Source of the DNA: Epithemia pelagica | Lineage: Eukaryota; Protista; Bacillariophyta | Direction: 5' to 3' | Assembly: GCA_946965045.2 (NCBI GenBank) | Contig: OX337238.1 | Coordinates: forward strand, 2,542,001-2,606,000 | Length of the DNA stretch: 64,000 nucleotides | In this document: positions 32,904-45,330 of the stretch, piece after piece | Layout of the letters: each line of letters begins with the position of its first letter | Numbering within the stretch: position 1 is the first letter of the stretch | Translations under genes and position numbers: made by a program | Notes under the pieces: model-generated | The model's database searches: none | Told to the model about the DNA's origin: nothing | What the model saw: only the letters and a program-made list of their open reading frames with translations

Positions 32904-34805
32904 ATGGCGTCGTACCAAAGGTCCCAAAGTGTTGCTGGCTATGCCTCCGAGCCACCCGAAGCCATTGAGTTGCTGGAAACTGCTATCAACAAGGGCTTTT
33001 TGCATTGGCACGGCAAAACTGCCCACCAATGGCAAGTCGATACATGTAAAGCCCTTCTACACCACCACACTGCCCCTGCCCCCATTCGTTCGGCTACTTT
33101 GCGTCCTCTCCTCCTTGTGCGTTCTACCGGAGGTGGGAAATCCTCCGTCCGCGACGTATGTGGTTTCCTTTGTGGCGGCATTACCCCTGACGTCAATATA
33201 ACACTACAGTCTGCACTCGAGCGACTTTCCAACAATCAATCAAACAAAAAAAGAGTCCTACTATTTTCTTCCCCACAGAAAATAGCCAACGACCGGTCTT
33301 GGCAACGAACTCTTACCAAGTGTGCATCCAAGGGCGCTCTCCGCTTTGTTGCAATCGACGAGTGCCACTTGTACGCTGGCCACGGTGTCGAATTTAGGCA
33401 AGAGTTTGGCGAACTGAAAGCGGCTTTCCTTGACAAACTGGAAACGCATTCTCCAATTCCCATTCCCATTCTCTTTATGACGGCTACTGCCTCCCTGTCT
33501 ATGGTCAAGGATCTTGAGTTTCTCACTGACCTCTCCTTTGATCGAACAAAGGACTTTGTCTGGCCCCACCAGCATTCCGGAGTCCATCGCCGGAACATCA
33601 TGATTGACTTGACTTTCAGAGACTCTCCTCTTCGTCGAGTTAAGTCAGACCTGGTACGCATCTCTCGGGTCACCGGAAACCGTAAAATGATCGTTTATTC
33701 GAATTCAAGAAAGGCCATAATGCATTTGTATGAGCAAAGTCGGCAGGAGCTAAACCGTCGTGGAATCCACAAAGACATTGTTGTGGTCCACGGCAACATG
33801 TATAAAGAGCAGAAGTTTCACAACACGGAACTTTTTGCTGGACTGCCGTTGGTAGATGAGTGTCCTACTACAAGAAGGCTCCTACGCTTCGACCCAGTAG
33901 CCTACTACGCCACTGCCGCAACAACCAGTGCGGGGCTGGATTGCCACGAAGTGGACCGGGTTCTATTCCATGGATTCCCTCCTACAATTGAAGACCTCCT
34001 ACAATGCTCCGGTCAATGTGGACGAGCTCCTACTGCTACACCTTCAAACTCGTCATTTTGTATGGCCGTCTCGCTTAACAGTCTTGTGTCCTTGCTCAAC
34101 AGGATTTTTATTCTACCCAAGTATGAAGCCGCTCGACAATCCAAACAAAACGACAAAGCCGACGATAGTTTCCTCCAGCCCGTACGGTCTACCACCACCT
34201 CCCAATTGCAGTCGTCGTCCTCTCCTTCTCTACTTGATCACGAGGCACTTGCGACACGACAATGGAACAATGTGTTGTCGGTCCTTGCTATTGTTTGCTT
34301 GGATGATGGTTCATGCATTCATTGGGCCCTTGAGCGGACCATGTTGCACCCACTTCATCATAAGACCTGTGACCTTGACTCGACTTGTGGGGGTGCCTGC
34401 TGGCGATGTCGCATCCCGCGAATTTCGACTCCACTTGATGCACCGATTCATAAGGAACATTTTCGTGCACACCTCATTCAAATGTTTATCACTAGCAAAG
34501 TTTCTTCCGACCAACTCAACCTTCACAAAGATGTTTTCCTTAATACCATGATTGGGTTCGAAAGTCTTACATTGGATGGGAAACTGGAGCGACGCTTTGC
34601 CCAAGATGTTCTGGGCCTAAACAACAACCGCACTGTCCGTCAACGAGCGAAGGCCCTTATCCTAAAGTGCTTCGCAGCTCGTATACTCGAGCCAGATGTT
34701 GACGGATTGCAACTACGAGTGAAATTGGGCTACTCATCCAATGGCAATCCACGTGTGAATGACGACCAATGTTGGAAGGGGTTTCAATTTCTACAGAACA
34801 TGTAA
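32904..34805 (+). CDS. RecQ-like helicase of element 2 with an in-frame deletion of motif Ia (probably inactive)
   Basis: STGGGKS, IDECH, MTAT and QCSGQCGR are present. It reads LCGGIT|PDVNITLQ where the element 1 helicase has IVPLLSLAADQ and ~30 more residues. Confidence 0.85.
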   Translation: MASYQRSQSVAGYASEPPEAIELLETAINKGFLHWHGKTAHQWQVDTCKALLHHHTAPAPIRSATLRPLLLVRSTGGGKSSVRDVCGFLCGGITPDVNITLQSALERLSNNQSNKKRVLLFSSPQKIANDRSWQRTLTKCASKGALRFVAIDECHLYAGHGVEFRQEFGELKAAFLDKLETHSPIPIPILFMTATASLSMVKDLEFLTDLSFDRTKDFVWPHQHSGVHRRNIMIDLTFRDSPLRRVKSDLVRISRVTGNRKMIVYSNSRKAIMHLYEQSRQELNRRGIHKDIVVVHGNMYKEQKFHNTELFAGLPLVDECPTTRRLLRFDPVAYYATAATTSAGLDCHEVDRVLFHGFPPTIEDLLQCSGQCGRAPTATPSNSSFCMAVSLNSLVSLLNRIFILPKYEAARQSKQNDKADDSFLQPVRSTTTSQLQSSSSPSLLDHEALATRQWNNVLSVLAIVCLDDGSCIHWALERTMLHPLHHKTCDLDSTCGGACWRCRIPRISTPLDAPIHKEHFRAHLIQMFITSKVSSDQLNLHKDVFLNTMIGFESLTLDGKLERRFAQDVLGLNNNRTVRQRAKALILKCFAARILEPDVDGLQLRVKLGYSSNGNPRVNDDQCWKGFQFLQNM

Positions 34806-34840
34806 ACAATCGTCTTATTCCATATATAACTATATCTTGT

Positions 34841-37800
34841 TCAATTGTTCTGAACTGTCTTCTTATACAACTCAAATGCATCTAAAGCTTCGTCCAGTAG
34901 GTCACCATGTAACGTACCACTGTCATCTCTTTCCATCCAGCCAGAGTCCGGTCCATCGCTCTCCATTTTCTCCAGTCTAAGAAATAATCGGTGTCGTAGA
35001 AAATGGTGCTCTCTTTCTTTTCGTTGTGAGTCCCATTGCCTTGAAGTCATCACATTCTTTTCCGCCATTTCCTCTAAGGCCACACTGATTACATCTCTTG
35101 TAGCGATCGAATTCATTTCTATCACTTTCATTCCTTTCAGTCGGCCTTTTTCTTTCAACTCTTCACCTTTGCTTCCTGTCTTGTCTTGGATGTCGTCTCC
35201 CTCATCATCGTCACTTCCTTCATCGTCTTCCTCTAAAACATCCTCCACTGCTATATCCTCAGCTTGTGTTTCACGAAATGGCTCTTCAGCCTCATGTGCA
35301 CGTTGCCTATCACCTTCACCTGCTTCCTCATCATCATCCATTTCATTATCGTTAACTTGCTCCATATCGACCGGTATTGAATCCTGTTGTGCTCCACCCA
35401 TCCCATTATCGTACTCGTGCTCAATTTCAACTAAACAAGTGTCCTCATTTGAAAAATACGGATGCCTCCTCGTCCTGTTTACTCTCTTCATCTGCCATGA
35501 CTTGTGCAAGGTCTATTACAGACGTTTCCTCGTCGTCCTTCTGGACTTTGTTCGAAGAGGCCTCAGTCGCCTTGTTGTCAATGGCCGTCTCCTTGTGACG
35601 ACCCAACATGTCATGTACCTGTACCATCACAAATCTGTCTGTAGCATCGTCCTGTACTTTACCATTACCAACGCGGCGTATTTTTTTTTGGATTTGTAAC
35701 GAGGTTGCATCCATTGCTTTCCAGAAGTGATTCTTATCCACTGCCATGTCTTCATGGCAACCAACATCGTGACACTTGGCTAAGGTCAACAGTTCCGTAA
35801 CCAGGACCCGGTTTGGTCGACTCATGGGGTTAGTGGTTTTCTTCTTCCGCTGTCCAGGGTCTGTCGTTTGTAATACTTGCTTCTCGTCTGTCTCGTTTCT
35901 CTGCTCCTTCAAGCGCTCGGCTAACTCGTACTCCCCATCCATTCTGTTCCGTGTATAAAATTCTACGAAATGCTTTGCTCGTTGGCACGCAGTGAGCATT
36001 CGGGAAACCTTAACGAAGGATGCCTCTGTACCATTGTGGTTCATTGCCTTAAAAATGGCATGATGCGTTCCATGATTTGGTCCAACGCGCTTTCTTTCGT
36101 GTTCCATGATGGTGTGGAACCACGCTTTTGTCGCTTAGTTCGATTGACTCTAATTTGATGCAGCACGTAGTTGGGGAGTCTCTGATAATAGAGCTGGATG
36201 ATGCGCAATTGTGTATTGAAAGAGTTTGATTTCTTTGCAATGTAGAAAACAGGGAGAAACTCAATGACAATACTCTCCATTGTTATGGAATTGCCCTGTT
36301 GCTCAGCTTCGTGGAACATAAGGTACTTCCTCATTATCAACAGGAAGTTACATGAAAAGACTGTAAGCCAGTCCTTGCTCTCACGGACTTGCCGACTCAA
36401 AAATTGTATGTACTCTTTTGCTATAGTTGTGGCCAGAGCTTCTTCCCTCCCACGATCGATGAACGAGTCCACTCTGTCTTGAGTGAAGCAACGAATCAGA
36501 AAAGCGTCTATCATAAGACGGTCAAGTTCCTCAAAAACAATGACTGCAAGACGGTGGGCCTGACGGTAAGTTTGCGCAACATCATTGCCATCGATGCGTT
36601 TCCACTTCAGTCGGTGTTGAACACACTGAAGCAAACCCCCGTAAAAAAGACGAAATATGGAGTCTAACATGTGAAACCGTACATGTAGGTCCCCATTGAT
36701 TGGGACAACGCGATGAAGGACATGTGTAATTGCCATGGCCTGTTTATATGCCGCTCGAAAGGTCGAAGTTTTTGCGTCGCTAATGGCCATGAGGTCATCA
36801 AAAAATTGGAACAGACGATCTATCGATAAACCGTCTCCAACAACAAAGAGCCACTTCTCTTCCCAATCCAAACCAGGCTCGTAGATACCACGATCCTCGT
36901 CCCAGGTTAGTAATCCGTGCAGCACCATGAAACCCAACAAAATTCCAGAAGCGCCAACCTTTGTAGTTTCATCTAGAATGGAGACTGGGAGCAGTAGCAA
37001 TTCTGCCACTGGAGGTTCTCCTCGCCATTCACGTACAACACGACTTGGGAACTGACCAGCCAAATGGAAAAGACTCGCATCCCGTTCCATCCTCCTCAAT
37101 GTATTCATGGCGCCAGCAATGGACGAGCGGACGTTGCTGTACGCAAACTCATATGGTTGCAATGCGTAATCCATATCTTGTCGAATGGACCGACGTTTTG
37201 TGGATAGGAACCTTTTTATTGTCCCAAGTTCTCGACAGCACATGTAAATTTGCAAGTAGAACCGAACACGAGTGCCAGTGCAGTCGAAAGGAGGCGCTGG
37301 TCCATCAGTTGGGTTGAGGTTGCCAGTGGCAAAAGACCTGATCAATTGCGGTAAGCTGGACTGCTGAAAAACTTCGAAGGGAGGCATTTGGTATGGGGAT
37401 GGAATATCTTGTTCGATGTATGCCAGCTTCGGGCGATCAGATAAGAAAGCATTACTTTGGGGAAACTTTGCCAAGTACATTTGCATAATGAACCTTGCTG
37501 TTACCCTAGTGTAGATTGCGCTTTGGCCTTGCTGAAATTGGAGGAGTCTCCCATCCTGTAAGTTGTCGAAGACGGCCATTAGAAAGGTAACCTTGCGCAA
37601 TGACCGTCGAACTCTGGCATCGTAGGAATCTACCCATGTCTCTACCCTCCGTTCCATAGTTCGTTTGGAGACGGAGATACCAAACCAAACCGGAATCTGT
37701 GTGGCCATTAATGAATGGCCACAAGCATACTGCGCAAAAGCAAAGACCGTTGCGAATGGTACCAAAAGATGATTGTTATGATTTCTGGCTCGGACAACGA

Positions 37801-39847
37801 ATTGGAAGAAGGTATCCAGTGAATAGCAAAGGCTGAGAAATTCTCTGTCCTCAGCTGCGGCACTCTCCAGTTTCTTGGTATACCCACTGTAGCCCATGAT
37901 TGCTTCAAATTGGTTGGGAAGCGACTTCTCAAATTGCGACACAATTTGTCTCAATTCGTACTCGGACAGGAACATTTCAAAAATATTGTTGAATCGTCCG
38001 AAACAGTCTTCTATACGCTGTAGCAATGTAGTGTCGACCCACTTACAGAATGGCTCGACAACTTCCTTCACTATGATGGGAGAATAGAGCTTCGATGCGC
38101 GCAATGTTGCTTCCTCGACCTTTTCATTTAATTCTTGGGCCATGGCATCCCTTGCATTCTTCAGAACAGTCTTTGTGTCAAACCGTTCCCAAACGCTACA
38201 CAGTTCAGCGAGCATGAAACGGTCCCCTGGTGTCTCTTGAACCAATCTGTGTAACAGAGTAAGTCTGTCATCCGAGTCATCTTTCACGGATTTGAAGGTT
38301 GCGTTCCATGGACGCTCTGGGTGGTAGTCTGCTTGTAAAAACACTGACTGTGGGAAGTGGAAGGCTTCGAACCAAGACAGCTTTTCTTCAAGGCAATCAG
38401 TAGTAGGTGGGGCTACGAAATTGCTCGAAGAAGGCGACATGATAGGGAATTTCAACCTGATGGTGTTTTGTGTCGCTTCACCCATTGCTGCGAAAATGGT
38501 CTTGTATGGCACGGTAAGATTGGCGTCAGTTAACTGATTGATATCGCCGTTGGCATGAACCCATCCGGTGAGTTGTTTATACCGGCGACCCTGGCAAACA
38601 ACGGTGGGTACGAAGTCTGATTGTAATGTGGCACGCCATATGGAAAGCCATTTCTTTGAATACCGCGGAGGAAGACTTTCTTCATGGAAAAACAAAAGAA
38701 CAGGGAGTCCCTCCTTGAGGAACCAAATGTCCTCCAATTGTAACGTCCGCAGGGCAAAGGAGGTGACTAGTTGAATCGGAGTTGTGGACGCATTGTTAGA
38801 CTCCGGAGTCTGTTGGGTTGTATCTGACGATTCCGCATGTTTCTGTTTGTTCGTTGTTTTGTTCGTGAAGCGTCGTTGTTTGGAGGTGCCGGTGGGCGAC
38901 CGAGATACACCAGCGGTGTAATTTTTTGCCCGTCGCATCATTCCGGAGCAATAGTTGGCCACCAGCGTCAGCGAAGACTTTTTGGATGCCTCAAGGGTCG
39001 GGGTAATCAAAACCAGGGGTGTGTTTGCTGACGCAGCAGGTCCTGGGTTTTTGCATGGCAATGGAGGGACCCGACGGAGAGGGACTAGATACGAACCTTC
39101 ACGAACTTTGGTTACTCTCCCTTTGAAGAGGTTAGGGTATTGTTGGTCCGGGTTGGTGGAAGATGCTGCAGGAGGAGGATCTTTCGGTGGACCTCTCTTT
39201 GGTGGAGCTTTCTTTGGTGGAGCTGTTGTCGTAGGGACTTTTGTCAGACGGAGGGTCGGTGCCGCAGCTGTTGTGGTATCCGGAGGGGAAGGTTAAGGGT
39301 CCTCACCATTGGATGCCTCAGCAGGGACTGTTCGCTCCATAGCAGCAAGCAATTTCAGAGCCTTTTGAGGGGACGATTGGGTCCCAAACTGGATTTGCCC
39401 AACTGAATCTCGATTGTGCCAAAGGTCAATGAACAGTGGTTGGGCTCTGTTGTTGGTAGAAGGATTGGATTCGTTGGATTGATTGGATAGATGCGGGGTT
39501 GGTTCGGGGCGTGGCCGAGGAGGAGGAGCAGAGGCATTACTTGTGGTTGTGGATAAGTCACTTGTACCTGCAGTTGGAACCATCGTACTAACCATCGTAC
39601 TGTATGAATCCACGGTTGCTTTCGCATGAGGTGTGATGAAGGGAGGGACCGGAGTAGGCTGAACGGCATCAGATTGGCCATCAGAGACATTCGTTCTCGA
39701 TGAAGCGAGAGATTCCATTCCGGCAATATGGACGCTTGATTCTTGTTTTGCTTCGGAGGCATGGCGATCCACTGTGCCCCGAGAAGCATAGGCCTTCCTA
39801 ATGTCTTGCTGGGAACTGCGATGGCATTTGTGCGAAGAAGAAGACAT
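34841..39847 (-). pseudogene. Academ-like transposase of element 2, with an in-frame TAA at 39293-39295 and frameshifts at ~36055 and ~35460
   Basis: Start MSSSSHKCHRS matches MSTSSHRKHRL of element 1. AVFDNLQ, VVGDGLSIDR, GDLHVRFHML and DQIMERI motifs. One T lost in the PFFK T-run. Confidence 0.82.
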
Positions 39848-41333
39848 TGTAGGGACAGTAAGCACGGCTCCGTACCTCCATTGCCGCGATGAATGCAGTT
39901 GGTGGTTTGGAGGTTTGTGTTTTGTGTCAGTACTGGGAGCGCAGAGGTCGCGCCTTGGGGGTGAGTAAGAGTTTGCACACCAAAAGCACGACACATATGC
40001 GACCCGACTACTCACCCCCGCTGGGGGGTATCGCTTGGGGGTAAGGGAACGTCGTCGTCGTCTTTGTTGTTGTGTTCCCACCGATCTAGAGAAGAAGAAC
40101 AACAAGCAAAAAACAACATGCTTCGTCCTGTATCAACTCGTCCTCTGGAGCGGTTGCTTTCTACAGCTTCATTGGATCTTTGGAGCATCGCAGAAATGAC
40201 ACACAGAATGACACGTCGTGCTCCTTCCACAGTTGCGGCCGCAGCGCCCGGTCTCATCCAAGACGCATCATCATCGTCCACTGCCACCTCCAGTACAGCC
40301 TTGCATCGCAAAAAGCGAAACGGCCTCTTGACTGCCAGTCGCCGTTCGACGATGCAACAAGGAAGATGATGAATTGGAACCAATTTCCCTTTCACCAGAT
40401 TTATCGTATTTCCGAGGTCATGGAGACCATGTGATCGAACGCAAGAGGGCTACGCTCGACTCAAACAGGATCGTGCCAAAGTTTTGTGGAAGGCAATGGA
40501 ATGTGTCATTCCTGACGTCCGAGAACGAGAACCCCTTGACGTATCGATGGTACAATCAACGGTTTCGGTGAACCTCTAACAATCAAGATATCTGGGGGTT
40601 GACCGGCTCCTTGACGCCCATTCAAGATTTGTTGGCGTGTGGAGGTACGTTGCAGATAAAAGGACATGCGAGCTAGTGTCAGCTTCAATGGAGAGTCTCC
40701 AGTTTTTTGTGGTGGCACTGGTGGTGTTGGTTTCTGCTTCTGTTACAGAGTCTCGCAGTTTGTGGTCTTCTCCTTCTTGATGCTGTTTGGTTGTTCTTAT
40801 TATTGTTTGGTCCTACGACATTCCTGCTTTTCGTTGGACCATTTTTTGTAGATACCACCTTTCCCGGCATTGGACTTCTAGGAGAAGCAACCAGTGCCGC
40901 CAACAGTGTTATGGCACAGCAAACACAACGCATGCAGGAACTCCAACAACAAGGAACACTTCAATAATACTCTTGGCTGGTCCTAGAGTGTACACATGAT
41001 ATTCGAAAACACACACTCTTCCACTTTGTGTCAACTATATGCTACTGTATCCATTCCCTCGATGTCGTGCTTTGTGGCACAAATATTGTGACCTACACGA
41101 ATAGGAGTAGTACATGGAAACAGACCTTGAAGGGGTACCTTTCAAGGAGAAACAGATGGGTATTTTATCAATAACTGGGATTCAATATATCTGAGCGAGA
41201 TGCTCCAATACAAGTGTCGAGCCATCGCTGCCTAAATTTCCATCCGCATACATTGTGCTCCAGTATCATTGCACCAACCGCTTCTAAACAACGATAAATG
41301 GTGCATACAAAACCATGTAAGATTTGATTGCGG

Positions 41334-44210
41334 TCATTTGTCGGAATACCCAAGCATTTTCTCTAGTCGAGTCATGCGTTCGTCCAATTTCACTTGCATA
41401 TCAACCAGCTGCGAAAGACTCTGTCTTTCCGCTGTACGCTCTTTACGTTCTTTCCGTAATTCCTGCACAATTTCACCAACCGACGATTCCAATCTTGATA
41501 AACGTTGGAAGATGGACAAGGATTCAGTTTCCATCGTACCAATGGAAGAAACCTTGTCGAAAGAACGGAGTCGACAGGCTGCGATACAATCTGGATTTGG
41601 GGAGAGTTTGGCTGTTGTGCAATCATCGCCCTCACATGCTGGCTCTCCACCGCTAGGACACAGAGAGTCTTTTTTCCAGTCCGTTGTCGATAACGCTTGT
41701 ACCATTTTGGCCGTGACAATCAACGCCAAAAGAGTTATTGCTTCCGAGCTCCCGTCTTGACTGTCACCGGTCAGGGATTCCATACCACGGACCCTTTTGG
41801 TGACTGCATTGGCCAAGTAACCCATGACGGTTACCAAGAGTTTTGGTCCGGCTGCGCCATCTTCTTTCGATGGTTCATTCTCAATACAAGTTCCCATAAC
41901 AACATCATTTGACAAACTCGACATGGCTCTTTCGACTATAGCCAGACCCTCTTGACAGGCCTCTTGCAGCTTTTCGTTTCCACTTTGATCCACGACGGAA
42001 CAAATATGATGCACATCTCCGTAGTCCACAATCTCATCCAGAATAATACCAAAACCATGGTTGTCAGATAAATGATTGGGACATAAAGCCTGTCCAAATG
42101 AAAGTGAGTTCAGGATCGAGCATACGGCCGCAATCGAAGCACGAGTATGATCATGTTCTTCCAATGCGACATGAAAATCCTTCAGAGATCTCCCGACAGC
42201 TTGGACCTGGGCAAGAATGGCACGATGGCTAATGCCATCACTGAGGGTATTTGCAGTCACTTGTGATTCAATTGAGGTCCGCGGCAGCATTTCGCCGACT
42301 CGAAATTCAATCATGGCAAGATTGTTTACCAGAGAAGGCAGTGGATCCGTAGATGTCACAGAATCTGCGTCATTTTGATCAATGCCATGAATGACGATAC
42401 CGTCCTGACGGCACTTTTGTACAGTCAGCTCTTGCATTGTCATGAGTCGGTGGTCACTCTTGCAAATGGTCTTGGATGTCCTTTGTAGTGCTTTCAATGC
42501 GTACCGTTGCCGATCATTCTTGGATAAAAGATTGAAACGGTAGAAAAGATTGAGAAAGGTGTAAAACACTTTCATTTGGTGAACGTCCGAGACCAAAAGA
42601 GCCACATCATGCACCTTGAAGACAATACCGTCAGAATCCACTTCCACAAGTTTCCTGTAAAATCCAAGGTCCAACACTCTAGAATTGTCGTCTCTCGTCG
42701 ATGCTACAGAGCAACCAGGACGCTTTCTGTCGTCATGGGTGACTCCATGCATTTCAAGAAGCGACTTTAGATGTTGAAGTTTTCTGCCCATTGGAATTCT
42801 GTATTCAAGCACTTTTGTGTTTTGAATTTGAGCTGTAAGCTGATCAATCTTCTCTTGAATTTGTTCACTTGACCAAAATTTTTCATCGTCACAGAGTGAT
42901 TGTAGCAGTGGCAGCAAAGATTGGGCCTTGGCTCCCTCTCGCCACAGCTCATCATCGTCGTCATTGTGACCAAAGGCAGCCGTTGCCCGTTCAATCGCAT
43001 TGTTGAGTTTCTCCATTTCCGCATCTAGTTCCGCCCGACAGGAAAACATTGTCTGTTAAGTACAAAATCTGTAAGATATTTCACATATAGTGTCAAGTCC
43101 CGGCTGCAGTTATACCCGCAACATGAAATGTACCTTGAGCTGTTCTTTCTTGTCGACCGTTAAAGCCAAAGTCTCACATGAATCAACACCCTCTCCACCT
43201 ATAACGCCAATACCAGTTTTGAAGGCCACCATGCTGCAACAATTGCGTCCCGTGGTCAAAGGTGGAAGGTTCCACACAATCCCACATTCCGTATTCAAAA
43301 CCTCCACCGTAGCAATCGATCCAGTACCACTTCCTGACACAATGATACACGATCCAACTGCTGACACAGCTCCATGAAGATAACGTGTGTGAGATAGAGC
43401 TAGATCCGTGCAATTTGTCCAAGCCGACAATGACGAGGAAAAGACTGTAGCAGCAGTCGTCTTGGTCTGATCATCAGAACTCTCCTCGAGTTGCAATGAC
43501 TCAACCGACGTCAACGCACTACTCCCATTGTGTCCTCCAACGACATAAATACGGTGGCCAATGACAGCACTAGCACAACCATACCGAGGAACTGTCATGG
43601 ATGGCCCCGCAATCACAGTGTGGTTGCTTTCCACAGCTGTATCGATTATATCAACCGACGACAAATCATCGTTTCCATTGTATCCACCCATGACGACGAT
43701 ATAACGATTGTACACGACAACAGCCGAACATCCCTCTCTTGCCGTAGACAATCGACAAGTCATGGTTGTCCATTGGTTCGTGGTAAAGTTTGCCAATGAC
43801 CCTGAAAAAAAAGTTTTAACATCAATTCTTTCGATAGTATCCAAGCGTGAACTTTCATTGCGTCCTCCAATCACGTAAACTCCTCCACAACAAACCACCG
43901 CAGCATGACAACGTCTCTTGTCGTTCAACGGCGGTCCTTCCCGCCATTGCTTGTTTTCTTCTGACAAATTCAGCAACAAAACGGAGTTGGTATAGCTTTC
44001 ATTTTGTTTACGTCCTCCCAAAACTACAACCGTCTGTGCATTGTCATCCTGTTCAGGATGGTCGAGCACGACTGAAGCATGATACCGACGCCATCCACCC
44101 AACAGGTGAGGCCAGTCACTGACATTCCATTGCGGTGCCTCACTGTGATTGCCACTGTCGGGAAAGGCAAGCCCAGATTGTTGTGCTTGCTTTTGCAGTG
44201 ACGTTGTCAT
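41334..44210 (-). CDS. Kelch-helical gene copy E. Exon 1 44210-43134, intron 43133-43053, exon 2 43052-41334. Intact
   Basis: MTTSLQKQAQQSG start. AAG|GTACAT donor and TTAACAG|ACA ATG acceptor in frame. Confidence 0.9.
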
Positions 44211-44339
44211 GGTTCCAACAAAGCAACGCAACTTGCAGATTTTGTGGCACCACCAAGGAATGGAGTGGACCTCAATTCTCCTCAAAACCCGAGCTTCTCC
44301 TCAAAGCCCGAGGACAAACAAGTGGCCTTCAATGGTGAA

Positions 44340-45140
44340 TGACGAGCGGCAGACAGATGGACGCTCCGAACCAGGAATCAACGGACTGAATAATAAACAT
44401 CATGGCCAAGTGATATGGCCTCCATCATTATATTCATCAAGTCCAAATTGCGGATCACAGCCGCCATGAACCAGAAGATCCTCTCTGTGTCTAGTTTGTA
44501 CCACCACAACAGTATTTCCGAAGGAATGGAGTCCATCCAACAAGAGTTGCACGAAAGTCTATGCAAAGTTCGGACCATACAGAATTGTGCAGCCGTAACA
44601 TGCAAGGAAGCAGTGCAGTGTCTTGCTCCCATGACATGTTCGGTTCCACCGCAACTCATCTCAAACAGAAACGGCCTTGCGCCAATGGACGTCAATACAT
44701 CCACTTCCACCTCCAACACAAATGGCTCATCGTTCGAGAGGAAGCGTGTCGCATTGATGAGCGCCAAAATGGGATTGTGTGTGGTTACGACCTGTCCTCC
44801 CCGCTAGACAATATAGACTGCCACCCGTTTCAGTGTTGTTGGTACCGATGCCAGTTCGATTCCTCTTTGCCAGAGACATTGAATGTCCATTAACGCTATT
44901 CGGGATGTCTGTTCAATAGAGGTAATTATCGGACCAAAGGGCATCACAAGTTCTCGGCACAAGATCCACATTTCACAATCGTATTGCCTATGCTCGTTAT
45001 TGTTCTCTACTTAGAACCTGCCATCCACCCAAAAGGGGAGGCCAGTCATTTGGATTCCATTGCGGTACGGCGTCACTGCGGTTGCCACTGTGGACAAAGC
45101 CAAGCCCGGATTGCTGCGCTTGTTCCTGATATGGTGTCAT
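44340..45140. repeat. Spacer plus truncated Kelch 5' end (ATG 45140, MTPYQEQAQQSG..WPPLLGGW, then breaks off), duplicated at ~56100-56920
   Basis: Near-identical block upstream of both E and G. Confidence 0.85.
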
Positions 45141-45330
45141 GGTCGTTTTGGTTTAAACTCTATGGACTGCGACCAATACAAGCCCCGGGGCGAGTGCTTT
45201 GCGCAACGAAGGACGGGCGTCGCGCCGTCCCGTATTGTACCTATTGTAGGTTTGGCCAAAGAGCGCGTGACGAGCCTACATACGGGACTCGCTTCGCGAG
45301 AGACACACGAGTAGTAAGACTACTTCACGG

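Larger units (their letters stand above)
32545..40030. mobile_element. AcademH-like DNA transposon 2 (7486 bp), in opposite orientation, inserted in the right TIR of element 1
   Basis: TIR TACCCCC(T/C)AGCGGGG(A/G)TGAGT. Flanks GCGCTTGGGG (32535-32544) and TCGCTTGGGG (40031-40040) form a 9-10-bp TSD. Confidence 0.88.
24347..40043. mobile_element. AcademH-like DNA transposon 1 (own sequence 24347-32544 plus 40041-40043, ~8.2 kb), with transposon 2 nested in its right TIR
   Basis: TIR TACCCCCAAGCGCCGGG(C/T)GAGT. 10-bp TSD AGCGAACGTC (24337-24346) / AGGGAACGTC (40044-40053). The paralogous empty site at ~51727 has a single AGGGAACGTC. Convergent transposase and helicase genes. Confidence 0.88.

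Noticed and set aside
30189-34805. Host RecQ/WRN/BLM gene duplication or a Helitron
   Set aside because: Both helicases are intronless, lie inside TIR/TSD-bounded elements next to a DDE-type ORF, and are SF2 DExH rather than Pif1 with a Rep domain.
44378-44900. Possible MATH/BTB gene relic (RFLSNDEPFVLEVEVDVL) upstream of E and G
   Set aside because: Only a short resemblance, and frames differ between the two copies. It cannot be supported without a profile search.
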